Below, piece after piece: positions 1 to 12,737 of a DNA stretch of 64,000 nucleotides. A program made the translations under genes and the position numbers. This DNA is from Eledone cirrhosa (taxonomy: Eukaryota): NCBI GenBank assembly GCA_964016885.1, contig OZ024740.1, positions 157,790,001 through 157,854,000 on the forward strand, written 5' to 3'. The notes under the pieces are model-generated. The model worked only from the letters and a program-made list of their open reading frames with translations, searched no databases and had not been told where the DNA came from. Within the stretch, counting starts at the first letter, position 1, and each line of letters opens with the position of its first letter.

Positions 1-226
1 GTGGAAAAGAGGAAGGAACGAGGGAACACCCTCTCCCTGTGCTCCTGAGGAGAAGGGGTTGCACACTTTTTTCGGGGGTGTGTGCGACCCCCCAAACGCC
101 CCCTCCCTATTGAGGACTTTATTGTTAATTTTATATTTGTTAATTCTTTTCTTTACTCACCTTTTTGTGTAAACTCCTCCCTTGTATTTGTCCCCTTCTT
201 TTGCGCCCTAGTGGCAATAAATAGAA

Positions 227-260
<34 letters not shown>
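1..260 (+). mobile_element. 3' UTR and (ATCT)n tail of a Tx1/L1-clade LINE (continues upstream of the window)
   Basis: Colinear with 5870-6090 (TTGCACACTTTTTCGGGG, TGTAAACTCC..TTGTATTTGTCCC, AATAAA) and ends in (ATCT)n. Confidence 0.85.
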
Positions 261-714
261 TTATCTGACGCCATAATCTAGCTGTCGTCTGTTCTACAGT
301 GTGGATGTAATTCACTTCGCGCAGAAGTTTTGTTCAAATTTATTGCAGAAATTTTGTGAGTTCAAATTTAATTTTGATACAATTGTGTAGCTTGACCCCC
401 CGTCTGAACTGTCAGGTGGTGGGTCAGCTCATCTTTACCCCTCCTAGAGGTGAAAAACCTGTTAAAAAAAATTTTGTGGCAAAAAAATTTCAATCGTCTA
501 ACAGAAATGTTAAACGCAGCGAACGAAAATAGTGGTGGGGGGACAGCGGTAAGAGTTGTAAGCTCGCACGCTTTAGTCCCCCTTCCTTCCCAACTAACGT
601 CATAGAGAAGGAAGGAAAAATTAAAATAAAAACAGACGAATCTGCGGAGAAAAAAAATGACGAAAACACAAATCTGGACATGGATTCAACAATGAAAAAA
701 AAAAATTTGAAAAA

Positions 715-2398
715 TTGCATGACAATACTAATAACACAAACAAAGACACAACAAACACAAAAATAACATTTGAAAATAACACCATAACAGAAAGCAAAGC
801 AGACGACAAGATTTCATTTGCACAGACAACAAAGAAATCCTTGACTTATATACCCGAAAATATTTCAGATGTGGCACGAAGAATCACAGACGCCAAACAA
901 TACATAAGTGAAGGAGAGAATGGTATTTTATCGGTAAAAATGCCTCAAGAATTCACCAAAGACATTGAAAGCCGAACGGTCAAGTTCCGCACCATCAACA
1001 ACAGTACAAAAAAACCTGAACAGCCTTCTCAAGCAGATATCAAAACAGTACTCACAGAAGTACTTAATGAAACCACTTTCATAAGAAAAGACAGACTGTA
1101 TGGAAGCCTAGCAATTATCATGAAGAACGAATCGGCGGCAAAAAAATGTGCTTTGTCACCGATTCGTTCGAAAAATTTTACCTTTTATCCATCTTATATG
1201 GGTAAAAGAACTCAACGCATATGGCTGGATGCAATGATGCCAGATGTGGACTACTGCTGGCTCATAGCTGGCTTCATCGATCCAGTGAATGACAACGTGA
1301 TTTCCATTGGGAAAACCACAGGCAATGCGTTCAGTGGAACAGGTATAGAGCTGGTAGTGCAAATGAAGCCTGAACGCATCGCCCAAATACCCGACAGAAT
1401 CCTATTAGAGGGCCACGGGTATATAAACATTAGCGTGGAGGGGAGAAGGCCGTCCTGCCATATCTGTTGAGGCATAGGGCACCTGAAGGCCGCTTGTCCC
1501 CAACTCAACAAAAAGAAAATCCTGCTACCAACACCAGCTCCACCACCACCACCACAACAGATAAACAAACAACAAAACTCAGTCCCACCCAACCCGTCCC
1601 TCAGTAAAACCACACCACCACCACAACACAAACAGTCACAACACATTACCCCAAAACAAAATACAGGCCCACCCAACCTCTCACTCAATAAAACAACACA
1701 ACCACCGCAGACACACAACACAGTCTAACATAGTGACATCCATCTCCCCCACAAAGAAAACCAACACGGAAACATTACCAGCAAACATACCTCTTCCCTC
1801 CAACACTGAAGATAACCCAACGAATTCGGAGGAAGAAACGGAGTCCTTCAGACAGATTAAAAGGAAAAAAAGAAAACATGTGCAAAACACACAAGGCCAA
1901 ACAACCCCCACCCAAATCTCAACACAATCCAACAAAACAGAAAACACCCCTCCAGCAACAAACAAAACCAAACCTGCCCCTCCCCTCTTCGAAACACTCA
2001 CACCATCCGAAAAAAAGACATTACACTATACTTACATCAACAGAAACAATAATAAATTAAATGAACTCATAAACAATAATCCTTCGGTACAAACCGAAGG
2101 TGTAAACTTTGTTTCTTCAGAAAACTACCCACATTTAAAATTAATAAAGATCCCAATGAACCTCTACCAAAAACTAAAAAAGGATTTTAAGGAGGACATA
2201 GGACCACCCTCTGTCAAACCCATAAACCACGTCCTACTAAAAAGCTTTCCCCCTCCCCCTCCCCTCCCCAACACAACTCCAAACACCCCAACCCCACCAC
2301 ACACTGACGACCCCACACCACCACAAGACACCCCTTCACCCAACACCCCCGACCCCATGGAAGTCGTGCAACCCGAACCCCGGGAAGCGGAAAGGTAG
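715..2398 (+). pseudogene. Tx1 ORF1 (gag-like, CCHC zinc knuckle), disrupted
   Basis: CHIC*GIGHLKAAC = CX2CX4HX4C with in-frame TGA at 1468-1470; frameshift near 1720-1733; Pro/Thr-rich C-terminus ends 34 nt before ORF2; true start may lie slightly upstream. Confidence 0.8.
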
Positions 2399-2432
2399 GT
2401 CTCTACACTCATACTCTGGCTCTGCCGCCCAC

Positions 2433-5400
2433 ATGGATGTATTAAGAGTAGGATGTTTGAATGCACGTGGCCTGGGCTCAACTTGGAAGCAAGCAAAGCT
2501 TCTAAATGACCTCAGGTCATGTAGTATAAATGTAATGGTTATCTGTGAGACTCGAATCAGCGTCGTGCGGCAGCTGGCCCCCACCTTCGATGACTTTGAG
2601 GTGCATGCATCTCTCTGTCAACCTGGAGGTGGGGGTGGAGTTGTCGTACTGCTGCAAAAACACCTGGGTCTTGCCGTACAGGTTGTGCACTCGGACCCGG
2701 AGGGTCGTTTGTTGGTGCTAGACGTTGGCAGTAGTGAAAGTGCGGCCTTGAGACTGGTCGCCGTCTACTCCCCTTTCGGAGCTGAACGGCCCGACTTCTT
2801 CCAGCGTTTGGAGACTTTTCTGGGAACGTCGCGTTCCCTGCTTCTAGCGGGGCATTGGAATGACATCCTAGATGCACGTTGGGACTATGCAGGAGCATGT
2901 CCTAATAGAGGGGGGTGTAACAGCCTCAAGGGGTTACTCGACCGTTTTAACTTGGTCGATAGATATCGACTAGATTTTCCAACTGTGCCTACCTGGACTT
3001 GGAGAAACCACAGTGGTCAATCTAGATCGTACTTAGATAGATTCTTAGTTAGAAGTAAGGATAGGGACATATTAAGCTGTCCAGAAATGCGTACGGTTGG
3101 CTACACGGATCACAAATTAGTGACCTGCGTAGTCAATCTCGAGAAAACACATAAACAGGGTCCCGGTTACTGGAAACTTAATTTGTCTTTACCAGCAAAA
3201 GAGACTTACAGAAACCGGATTAGCAGATTAGTTAAGGAGAGGTTGACGGGTGCAATCGTCAACAACCGATGGTGGGCATCTCTCAAAAGAGAGATTAGAA
3301 CAGAATCAATAAGTTATAGCAAGATGTTAGCTGCCGATAGGAATAGAAACGAGAAAGAATTAACAGGTAAATTAGAAGAGGCAATCAAGAGCGAAGATGT
3401 GGCCAGAGTGCTGGCATCGAGGACGGCCTTGAACCAGTTTTTCGATGCAAAGCACGAAGGCTGCGTCATTCGAAGTAAAATACGTGCTCTAGGTAATGAG
3501 GGGGCCAAAGCCGTTGGCTGGGCCCGCGTGACAGAAGCTAAGAGTGGAAATCGATCCACCATGCGGTCGTTGCAAGACGAAGATGGACGGGTGATCCGGG
3601 AGCCTAAGCAGATGTGCGAGGCCTTTCAAAGGCACTTTGCCCGATTGTTCGGGGAAGGCGAGGGTCCGGGCGGGGGCGTGGATTTCAGTCCATACCTCGA
3701 CTGCCTGCCGCGTCTCTCGAGCGAAGAGGCAGAGTCCTGCGAGGGATCAATCTCGGCTGATGAGATCGGAGATGCGCTGAGCCAATGCAGCAGACGCAAA
3801 TCTCCAGGTCTCGATGGTATACCTTACGAACTTTATTTAGCAATGCCGGTCTTCTTCTCCGAAATCCTCGAAGCGGTTACTGCAATTGGCAGCAGAACGG
3901 GAGAATTCCTTGTTCTGTAGCCAAAGGCGTAGTCACGCTGGTGAGGAAGGACGAGAACAAGGGAGATAGTATAAATAATTTTCGGCCCATAACCCTGCTA
4001 AACACAGAGTTAAAGTTTTTGGCCAAGGTGTTAGCAAAGAGGTTGGCGCTTGTCGTGGGTGGCCTGGTGGGAGATGCGCAGACATGTGCTATCCCATCCA
4101 GGTCCATTCACGATAACCTCCACCTCATGCGATACATCATAGAGAGGGTTGGCAACAAACCCGGCTTCGGTGGGGCCCTGATCAACTTGGATCAGTCTAA
4201 GGCCTTCGATAGGGTCGACCATGGTTACCTGGATGCGGTGCTAGCGGCGGCTGGATTCGGTCCTGTTTTCAAAGGCTGGATCACTGCCTTACAAAGCAAC
4301 CACATCTGTTCTAGGATCAAGGTGAACGGCTACCTTTCGAAGCCGTTCGAAATCACACGATCCATTCGACAGGGGTTCCCTCTCTCCTCCCTTCTGTACG
4401 TATTGACTCTCGAGCCTTTACTGAGGAAGTTGGAGTTGTTGCAGGGTATCCCCCTGGAACCAGGATTGAGCAAAGCGGTGTCGGCCTACGCCAATGACGT
4501 AACAGTAATGGTATCGACCGACTCGGAGATCGAGGCGATCGGTACCTTACTGGAGGATTACGAAAGGTTGTCAGGAGCGAAACTGAACCGGGAAAAATCC
4601 ATCGGGCTGCAACTCGGAACGTGGAGAGGCAGACCGATGCCTCCTGACGGTGTCGTCGGACACTGGACGGAGGGCCCGGTAAAGTTGCTTGGGGTCTGGT
4701 TTGGACCGGACCTCCAGGTGGAAAAGAACTGGAACGAGGTTATGAACAAGGTGTTTGCACTAACCCAGAAATGGGCCAAGTGTAAGCTGTCCCTAAAAGG
4801 CCGGGCGGAGGCGGCGAACATTTACATAGCGTCCGTCACCTACTACCGCCTGACTGTCGTGCCTTGCCCTAAGGAAACACTCACCACCATGGAACGCATG
4901 CTCTTCCAATTTCTTTGGAAGAAGCGCCCTCCTATGGTGAGAAGATCCATCTGCTGCCAACAACCTTCGAAAGGAGGGCTGGGGATGCCGTGGTTGATGA
5001 TGCGTAGGCACGCATTAAGGCTACGGCACCTACAGGTATTCCTCACTGGTCAACCGGTGTGGGCTCCGTTCGTGAAACGAGCCTTTCCGAGACTCGTCTC
5101 GCTCACCGAGCTACAGTCCTGGATCAAGCAAAGATCCGGAAAACTGGGAGACTGGCACACTGAGTGTGCTAAGGCGCTCAGGGCCCTCTGGCAAGCGGGC
5201 CAGGCCATCGGTGGAGAATCCACCTCATCATTCTATAGAGGGCTGGTGGCTAGCAGGGGCGATGACACCCTTGGAGAGTCGCTGGACATGGAAGAAGACG
5301 AACTGGCCAGCCTGTTCGGTAGGACTTTCGGCCCAGGACCAATGGACAACTTCAAGAAGTCACTGGCCTGGCAGTGCTACCGGGGCGCTCTACCCGTTCG

Positions 5401-5869
5401 AGAGAGGCTCTACAGACACGGGCGCCCGGGCAGGGATCCCTCAAAAAAGATTTGCCCTAGATGCGTGCGTCACGAAGAAACCGTTGCGCACGCATTGGTG
5501 CAATGTCCGGGCGTGGCTGATCTGTGGGGCTACGCCGAACGACTGCTGTCGCGGGTGGCGCCGATTAAATTGACCGCCGAGTCCGTGATGACAATCAAAC
5601 CGCCTCCCCTCTTCACAAAGGAAGCAAAGGCGGTTTTTCTGTGCGTAATAGCCATGTTGAAAGAGGTTGTTTGGTGGACACGATTGAAAGGTCTGAGGTC
5701 AGGCAACTTCCTCTCTGGCCATAGTCTGGTCTACTTCTTCCGATATCACTTCGGAAGAAGGATAAGAATGGAGAGAGAGGTGCTTGGCCACGGGCAGTTT
5801 TATGAAAGGTGGGTGATAGTGGCGAGAATGGCTCGTGTAAATGGGCCTTCTCTGTATACCATCCTGTAG
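2433..5869 (+). pseudogene. Tx1 ORF2 (AP endonuclease + reverse transcriptase + C-terminal zinc finger), one frameshift
   Basis: APE motifs LNARGL, ICETR, GHWN (GDxN-like), YLDRF, TDHK; RT motifs KSPGLDG, FRPITLLN, DQSKAFDRV, RQGFPLS, YAND (YADD mutated); CPRC..ETVAHAL..C; frameshift near 3875. Confidence 0.93.
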
Positions 5870-6109
5870 GTAAAGAAGTAAAGGAGAGGGGAGCACCTTC
5901 TCCATGTGCTCCCCGGGCAAAGGATTGCACACTTTTTCGGGGGGGGGGTGCAACCCCCATCACGTCCCCTCCCTTTTGAGGTTATTTTCGATTATTTTCA
6001 TGTTACACCCTTTTTACTCGATTATATGTAAACTCCCCCTTTGTATTTGTCCCTTCTTTTTATGCCTTTATGGTAAATAAAGAAATATATCTATTTATCT
6101 GACGCCTTG

Positions 6110-6257
6110 CATACTAGTCTCTCTTCTCTACGCAACCGATGCTGCCCAAGGGAAAGGCAAATGCCGGTACAACTTGGCACCAGTGACGTCACAACTCGTT
6201 TTTATAGCTGAGTGAAATGGAGCAACGTGAAATGCAGTCTCTTGCTCAGGAATAAAC
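6110..6257 (+). mobile_element. Octopus-type SINE fragment
   Basis: CTTGGCACCAGTGACGTC..AGCTGAGTGAA.TGGAGCAACGTGAAAT..TCTTGCTCA, recognised from memory as a cephalopod SINE body. Confidence 0.55.
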
Positions 6258-6269
6258 ATTCCATGTACA

Positions 6270-6905
6270 ATCCCATGGTTTTCTACAGCGAGATGCCCTT
6301 CATGTCGGTTACCACCTTACAGGTTGTACCGGATGCATTTCGTGGCACCGTCAATATAGAGGTTGTTAGTTATAGTCCCAACTGAAGAGGCTTTTCTGCT
6401 CTGTGGGGTTGGCAGGGGTGGGGAGCGGGGGAGAAGGGAGATAGGTATAAAGTTAATGAGTCTGACATATTGAACAAGACCACTTTCCTGATGGCATCTG
6501 GCACCTATCCCTCTTCCTAATTATTAAGACATTTTTGCTAAATACACTTCTAAGCCTTTCAACTCTATGTTCTTCCATACTTAAAATGTTGCCTTAAACT
6601 TTCCTACGTATTCACCTATAAGGACTAGCTCACCAGCGTATATGAATTCCCACGGAGTGCCATTTTTAAACTCTTCAGTGATTGACTGAAGGACAATGAT
6701 AAACAAAAGTGGACTAAGGACTGAACCCTGGTGGACCCGCACTTCCATTTCAAATACATCACTGTACTCATTTCCAATTCTAATTTTGCTAGTTACCCCT
6801 TTAAACATAGCTGGCATAGCCCTCACGAGCCATTCGTCTACACCTATTTCCCTAAGTGCCTACAAGATTACAGAGCGTAGGACCCTGCCAAGGCCTTCTC
6901 CATAT
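6270..6905 (-). mobile_element. Degenerate 5'-truncated RTE-type LINE
   Basis: Minus-strand RT motifs DMEKA.GRV, VHQGSVLSPLLF, PWEFIYAGEL (YADD-like). Confidence 0.8.
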
Positions 6906-6948
<43 letters not shown>

Positions 6949-7106
6949 CACACACACATACTCACACACAGACACACACATGCGCGCACACACACACATA
7001 TATATGTAGTAGCAGCAGCAGTAGTAGTAGTAGTAGTAGATATGGAGAAGGCCTTTGGCAGGGTCCTACGCTCTGTAATCTTGTAGACACTTAGGGAGCT
7101 AGGTGT
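6840..7106. repeat. Inverted duplication of the RTE 5' end around a (TAC)n-(CA)n-(GTA)n spacer
   Basis: 6840-6905 is the reverse complement of 7040-7106 with few mismatches. Confidence 0.85.
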
Positions 7107-7174
7107 GTATATATATATATATATACAGAGAGATAGCGAAAGAGAGAGAGATAGAGAGAGAGAGAGATCAGATA

Positions 7175-7363
7175 GGGTGTGGTAAAAAGCCAGGTGGACC
7201 ATAACCCGCCACAATTCTCGATATTTGGGGTAGTAGAGTGCGTAGTATGAAAAGATTCAGGACCCCGACGGCTGAGCTCCGGCTATTTCGACAGCTAGAT
7301 CCAAACGTTCAGATCTAACTGTGAGACGGCCGAAGCTCAGCTGTCGGGGTCCTGAATCTTTTC

Positions 7364-7366
<3 letters not shown>
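7175..7366. mobile_element. ~190-bp asymmetric hairpin element, copy 1
   Basis: Arms ~7246-7301 / ~7312-7366; homologous to 40430-40621 and 57211-57413; microsatellite flanks. Confidence 0.8.
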
Positions 7367-7428
<62 letters not shown>

Positions 7429-7433
<5 letters not shown>

Positions 7434-8082
7434 CGAAATCTGTCCACGCCTTTAACCTTGGGTAACACCTAAAGGTAAAATTCTAGGTCACCACCCTTTT
7501 GGTATGAACAGGTTGATGCGTTGGCTATCCCCTCAAGGTGGGAGACAGGAAGCGACAGGTATGTAAAGCCTGTATCATCCTACTTTAGTCAGAGACATCG
7601 GAGCACCCCACTACAGAACAAGCTATGTGAAAGATTCACCACTATCAACAGACCCCAGTGGTCTACAGAGATAGAGAGATCAGAGCCCTACTACTACAGA
7701 CCCGCTATGTGAAAGATATTCCGCTATCTAGAAGCCACAGTGGTCTACAATCAATTACAGACCATTACTATCTCTCACTCACTATGGTCTCAGACTCACG
7801 ACGAAAACTACTATGACGACTGCAACAATCTTTAACCACCAACAAACATTATCTCGTCGCTCGCTGTTTTCATATCAACAACAAAATAACATTGTCAACC
7901 TTCGCAACTCTTGGTAACTGTTTTATTGTACATTTTAATTGATTCACGTGAAGTAAACCATATATAAACTAAAATCATTTATTCTTATTATTTATGTTAT
8001 TACATCTAACAACTTTGTTATAATCATTTCTAACAATCGTGTTAATCCATCTAAATAATTCATATTTATACCCTTCGTTAAA
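7429..8082 (+). mobile_element. Possible solo LTR
   Basis: Begins TGTAGCGAA and ends TTCGTTAAA (two mismatches from a perfect 9-bp terminal inverted repeat); internal tandem duplication GCTATGTGAAAGAT; no ORF. Confidence 0.4.
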
Positions 8083-8109
8083 TATATACGTATACATATA
8101 TATATACAT

Positions 8110-8277
8110 CACGGGCGCTCTATCTCAAAATTATTTTTGAAAAGCATTAGAAATGCGCAACCGGTAAAAGCTTAAAACTAAAACTGAATACTAACCAATA
8201 CTTATTACTAATTTATACTTATTCCTAATTAAATTATTTTTCACTGGGAAAAACTTGTCAGCATTTTCTTTTCCTTT

Positions 8278-8281
<4 letters not shown>
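8110..8281 (+). mobile_element. Single-arm copy of the 18381-18807 fold-back family with a variant HHR-like motif (8134-8169)
   Basis: Colinear with 18626-18807; TTT-TTGAAAA-GCATT-AGA-AATGC-GCAA-CCGG-TA-AAA. Confidence 0.75.
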
Positions 8282-8349
<68 letters not shown>

Positions 8350-8352
<3 letters not shown>

Positions 8353-8483
8353 GAATAGAAATGGCTGTGTAGTTGCTATTTAAGGTAACTTAAAATGCAG
8401 TGGGAATATGAAGAAACCAGGAAGGGGGGGGGGGTCTTCATCAGTTGTCTACTGGGGGTCTCGGGTATTTCTACGCCTTAAAG

Positions 8484-8487
<4 letters not shown>
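8350..8487 (-). mobile_element. Short dispersed repeat in (TA)n, related to 58696-58846
   Basis: Reverse complement of 58696-58846 (GAATAGAAATGGCTGTGTAGTTGCTATTTAAGGTAACTTAAAATGCA). Confidence 0.75.
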
Positions 8488-8538
<51 letters not shown>

Positions 8539-8540
<2 letters not shown>

Positions 8541-8955
8541 TAAAACATCTCTATAGAATCACCAGATAAAATATATACCATTTCCTCTCCCAATTAGCAT
8601 AATTAACCATATAAAAAATCGATTAGACCAAGCTATAAGAATAAAGGCTTCTATGAAGAAATCTCCGACAAATAACCGAAATCAGCCCTTCGCGCCGGCT
8701 GCGACGTCGAATACTCGATAAATATTCCGTCGCAGCCGGCGCGAAGGGCTGATTTCGGTTATTTGTCGGAGATTTCTTCATAGAAGCCTTTATTCTTATA
8801 GCTTGGTCTAATCGATTTTTTATATGGTTAATTATGCTAATTGGGAGAGGAAATGGTATATATTTTATCTGGTGATTCTATAGACATGTTTTATGATATA
8901 TAGCTCTGATTATTTAATTTATTAACTTTTCATTGAGCCACAAAGTGCAAAACAC
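8539..8955. repeat. Near-perfect fold-back insertion in (TA)n
   Basis: 168-bp arms 8539-8706 / 8728-8895 (one mismatch seen), 21-nt loop, unpaired extension 8902-8955. Confidence 0.93.
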
Positions 8956-8979
8956 ATATATATATATATATATGTAAAC

Positions 8980-9017
<38 letters not shown>

Positions 9018-9227
9018 GTGATCTGAGTTTTTCGAATATTAATAATAACATTCGATTCGTTTGCAATTATGCAAACAAGCCTCAATTTTATAGCCATTCT
9101 TCATTCTTGCTCTTATGTTGGAAAGAATTCATTTCTTGCAACATTTAGTCTATATGATAATTCGACTGGTGTTGCCAGGATGCAGCTATAACGTCGATGT
9201 AAAACTTGAAATAATTATATATATATA

Positions 9228-9319
<92 letters not shown>

Positions 9320-9324
<5 letters not shown>

Positions 9325-9500
9325 AAGGATGGCTTTTCCAAAGTGTGTCACCCCACCAGCTAAATAAGGTACTCAATACGACACTAGAGAGGAAGCATAT
9401 TTATTTTATAAAGAAATGTCATCTAAACGACTCTAACTGTTTCATTCATATGGAACCATCAGAAACGTCCTGATGGTTTCATACGAATGAAACATTTCTG
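9320..9500. mobile_element. Short fold-back with degenerate HHR (A9G, U.U variant)
   Basis: Arms 9438-9462 / 9470-9494; right arm CTGATGG-T-TTC-ATAC-GAA-T-GAAA-CA; the minus-strand arm continues CAG-TT-AGA. Confidence 0.55.
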
Positions 9501-9616
9501 ATGGCCGACTGAATACTCACGTGTGTTCTTTTTTCTCCCTAATTGTTTCCCCCATTTTCCCCGTTCCTTCCTTTCATCACTCTTTACTTCCTATTTACCT
9601 TCCATTTCTAACTCTA

Positions 9617-9655
9617 TCTGCTGATGAAGGACTAGTGTCCGAAACGTTAAGACTC
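9617..9655 (+). ncRNA. Hammerhead-like motif (pLTR remnant)
   Basis: CTGATGA-A-GGAC-TAGT-GTCC-GAAA-CGTT; stem I pairing is poor. Confidence 0.45.
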
Positions 9656-9788
9656 TCTTCTTGCTATTTCAAGCGTTAAGGTAATATATTTCTTCCATGT
9701 AATGTGTTTGTTTTGCCATTTTTGTTATTAAATTTACACACACGCATACCTAACTGTGCATTCACTATACACACACACACATACACAC

Positions 9789-9917
<129 letters not shown>

Positions 9918-10819
9918 TATATATATATATATATATATATACGTGTGTGAGTGTGTATATATACGTGCGCGTGTATATGTGTGGGTGCGTTTGTGTGTTC
10001 GTATGTAGTGAATGTATAGTTAGGTATGTTTACTCATTTATTAATTCCCCACTCTTCAGAAATATTTGTTTATTTATATACTTTTATTTGTTTTTAATCA
10101 TTTTTTTAATAGCGTTAAATTTTTTATCAGTTCGTCTATAACCTCTTACCTTTCAGTTTATATTTATAGTCTTTTAAAAATTGTTAAATTTGTTGTTACA
10201 CTTAATTCAATTAATTTTATCTCCATCATGACAATGAGATATTTTTACCGTTTTCCACTAAATTTAATTGAATATATAATTTATTTTGTCACTAACTGAG
10301 CCTCAGACACTGTAGTATCAACACCCTTACATCTAGAATATATAGATGTATGCTTCTAACTTAAACTCTGCCTCTAAACGATACATTACGTCTGCATGCT
10401 TACATTTTTATCTATTCCTGACTATCTTGTCTCCTTATCCTTTCCGTCATTTCACTTAAATTTGTCAACATCGTCTCCCTTTCTCTTCTACTGCTCCCTT
10501 TATACACAGAAACATATCTATCAATGTATGTTTTCATCTTATAATCACGCTTTGCCTATTCCCCACTCCCTCACTCTTTTTATACATTTTCTATATTAAG
10601 CTCTTTGGCATTATACACATAATTGTTTGTATTTCTTAAAACAGCTAACCAATAATTTAGAAATTTAAACCTCTGGTTTTTTCTAAGTGCTTTCATATAC
10701 GTAAACATATATTTCCTAATAATTCTCTACCTGTTATTCGATGTAAAAAGTTCTAGAGAAGGAAACAACATATAGTCATTTGACACAAACCAGGAGAATC
10801 TCTCAAGAGAACTGAATAG

Positions 10820-12160
10820 CAGAAGGTCTTCAGAGATGAAACCCCTCTTAAATCAAGTTTTTCGGCTCTAAAGGGGGCCGGGCCACATCCAGGTCATGCC
10901 TCCTGGGTGCACTTCTGCTGACATTTAGCCATTCGGATACCGAAGACTTGTGTATTTAAACCGTATGAAGATTTGTTGACAAGATCTCTCCGTCGACTTT
11001 GCTTTCAAACTTATATTTAAGCGCTTTATTGAGTTTGGAAACATAACGTTGGTAGTTATGGTAGCGGTAGGACATCAACAGTGTCCCCGCCGCCGCCAAC
11101 GCTACAACCACACCCATGACTCACTCAGAGTTACTTCCCTAAAATACAAACACGATACCCTCAAACGGTATGGAGATCTGTTTTGTTCCTCCTCGACCAG
11201 ATCCACTGGAACACCTTTCCACTGCTTATGATATTACCTGCTGAGGTTTGGTCTTGGTTTTCTCAGAGACTGAAAGTTGTTTGGCAGATTTTCCCACAAA
11301 GCCTCCAGCTTCAGCTTCTACGGCGCGAACTTGGATCCGGAAATCGGCTTCCCTCACGCTGTTGGCCAAACTGGTGTATTTTTTTGTCTTAAACACGTGT
11401 GCTTCTTCTATTCTACTTACAAGTGCATGGTGAGTTCAATCGAAACCAGCTGCTTTGATGAATTGAAATAATATTATACGATTTCCGGCCTCAAGCCATT
11501 TTCCCGATGATTTCTGGTTGTTTTGCCGATCTTGGGAAGTCTGCTCTACACTCACAGTCATTCGCACCACCCAGAAGACTAAATTCCCATGCCATGTGTA
11601 GCATAGCAGTTCTCGTCATACTTTTATGCCTTCTGCCATTTAGAATAATGCCTTCTGCCATATAGAATAAATGACGTACTTATCGCATATATATGATCTC
11701 CTTAAGGATTGTGTCTTCACGTGTATCCTCCTTGGGCTAGTGCTACTCGGTATGAGCTCAAAACGTGTTCCAGTCTGTCTACCCTTACAGAGTAAGCTCT
11801 CAAGGTTATCTGATTTGCCCCACTTCACTAGATTCGTATTTGAGCGCAGGAGATCATACACACATTTGATGAGAAAACTGATTCTAAGAGGCACCATATA
11901 CTACAGGTCGTAGCAACTGAGGCACATCTGGAGTGCACCTACCACGTTGTCCACTGGCCCTGTTTGCTCTGCTGTAAAATCAGCTCTCTCCTCATCTTTC
12001 CCCTTGCCTCTGACTACCGTTCCATTTTTTTTTAAACCCTATCCCTGCCTATTGGCCTGAATGTATCCCATTCTTTCTCAGATCGTAAGGTTTTCATTTG
12101 CTGCATCTACCGCCTACTGGACTTACCATTTCTGCTTGGTCCGGATTGACCTCACGACCT
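10820..12160 (-). mobile_element. Degenerate 3' part of a HERO-like (RLE-encoding) non-LTR retrotransposon
   Basis: Minus-strand peptides PLRISFLIKCVYDLL..NLVKWG..LC, LRPEIV..SKQLVSIELT, RIEEAHVFKTKKYTSL, RAVEAEAGGFVG (PD..E-type restriction-like endonuclease). Confidence 0.8.
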
Positions 12161-12162
12161 TA

Positions 12163-12205
<43 letters not shown>

Positions 12206-12385
12206 GTGGCTGATTGGTTAGAGAACTGGATTTGCAATCGTGTGGTTGTGAGTTCGAGGTTATTTCACGTTGTTCCTTCTACCTGGAGTTGCGACCGATA
12301 GATAGTATTAGCAATTGGAAAGACCAACGGAAACATTGTTTCTTCGGTCCGATTTGACAAAGGTCGATCGACTGTCGATATATAC
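12206..12385 (+). mobile_element. tRNA-derived SINE fragment
   Basis: A box GTGGCTGATTGGT, B box GAGTTCGAG; no acceptor stem. Confidence 0.5.
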
Positions 12386-12392
12386 ATGTATA

Positions 12393-12462
<70 letters not shown>

Positions 12463-12668
12463 ATATATATATATATTATATTACAACACAACGGAAAATA
12501 CTGTATATATATATATATATATATATGCGTGAGTAAGCGAAAAAGAGAGTTTATATTAAAGGAGAGAAGGAGAGAGACAAAGAATAATAGTATATTTGCG
12601 TATTAGAAAAAATGAAAGAGAGAATAAAGGCCATGTATATGCGTGTACCTGTGTGTGTGTGTGGTGTA

Positions 12669-12737
<69 letters not shown>

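Larger units (their letters stand above)
273..6087 (+). mobile_element. Near full-length Tx1/L1-clade non-LTR retrotransposon
   Basis: ORF1 + ORF2 + 3' UTR with AATAAA; flanked by identical 19-bp direct repeat TATCTATTTATCTGACGCC at 254-272 and 6088-6106. Confidence 0.93.

Noticed and set aside
1468-1470. TGA in the Tx1 zinc knuckle as programmed readthrough or selenocysteine
   Set aside because: Not at a Cys position, and the element has other lesions (frameshifts, YAND)
12206-12270. tRNA-Cys gene
   Set aside because: A/B boxes and a GCA loop are present but there is no acceptor stem; it is a SINE head
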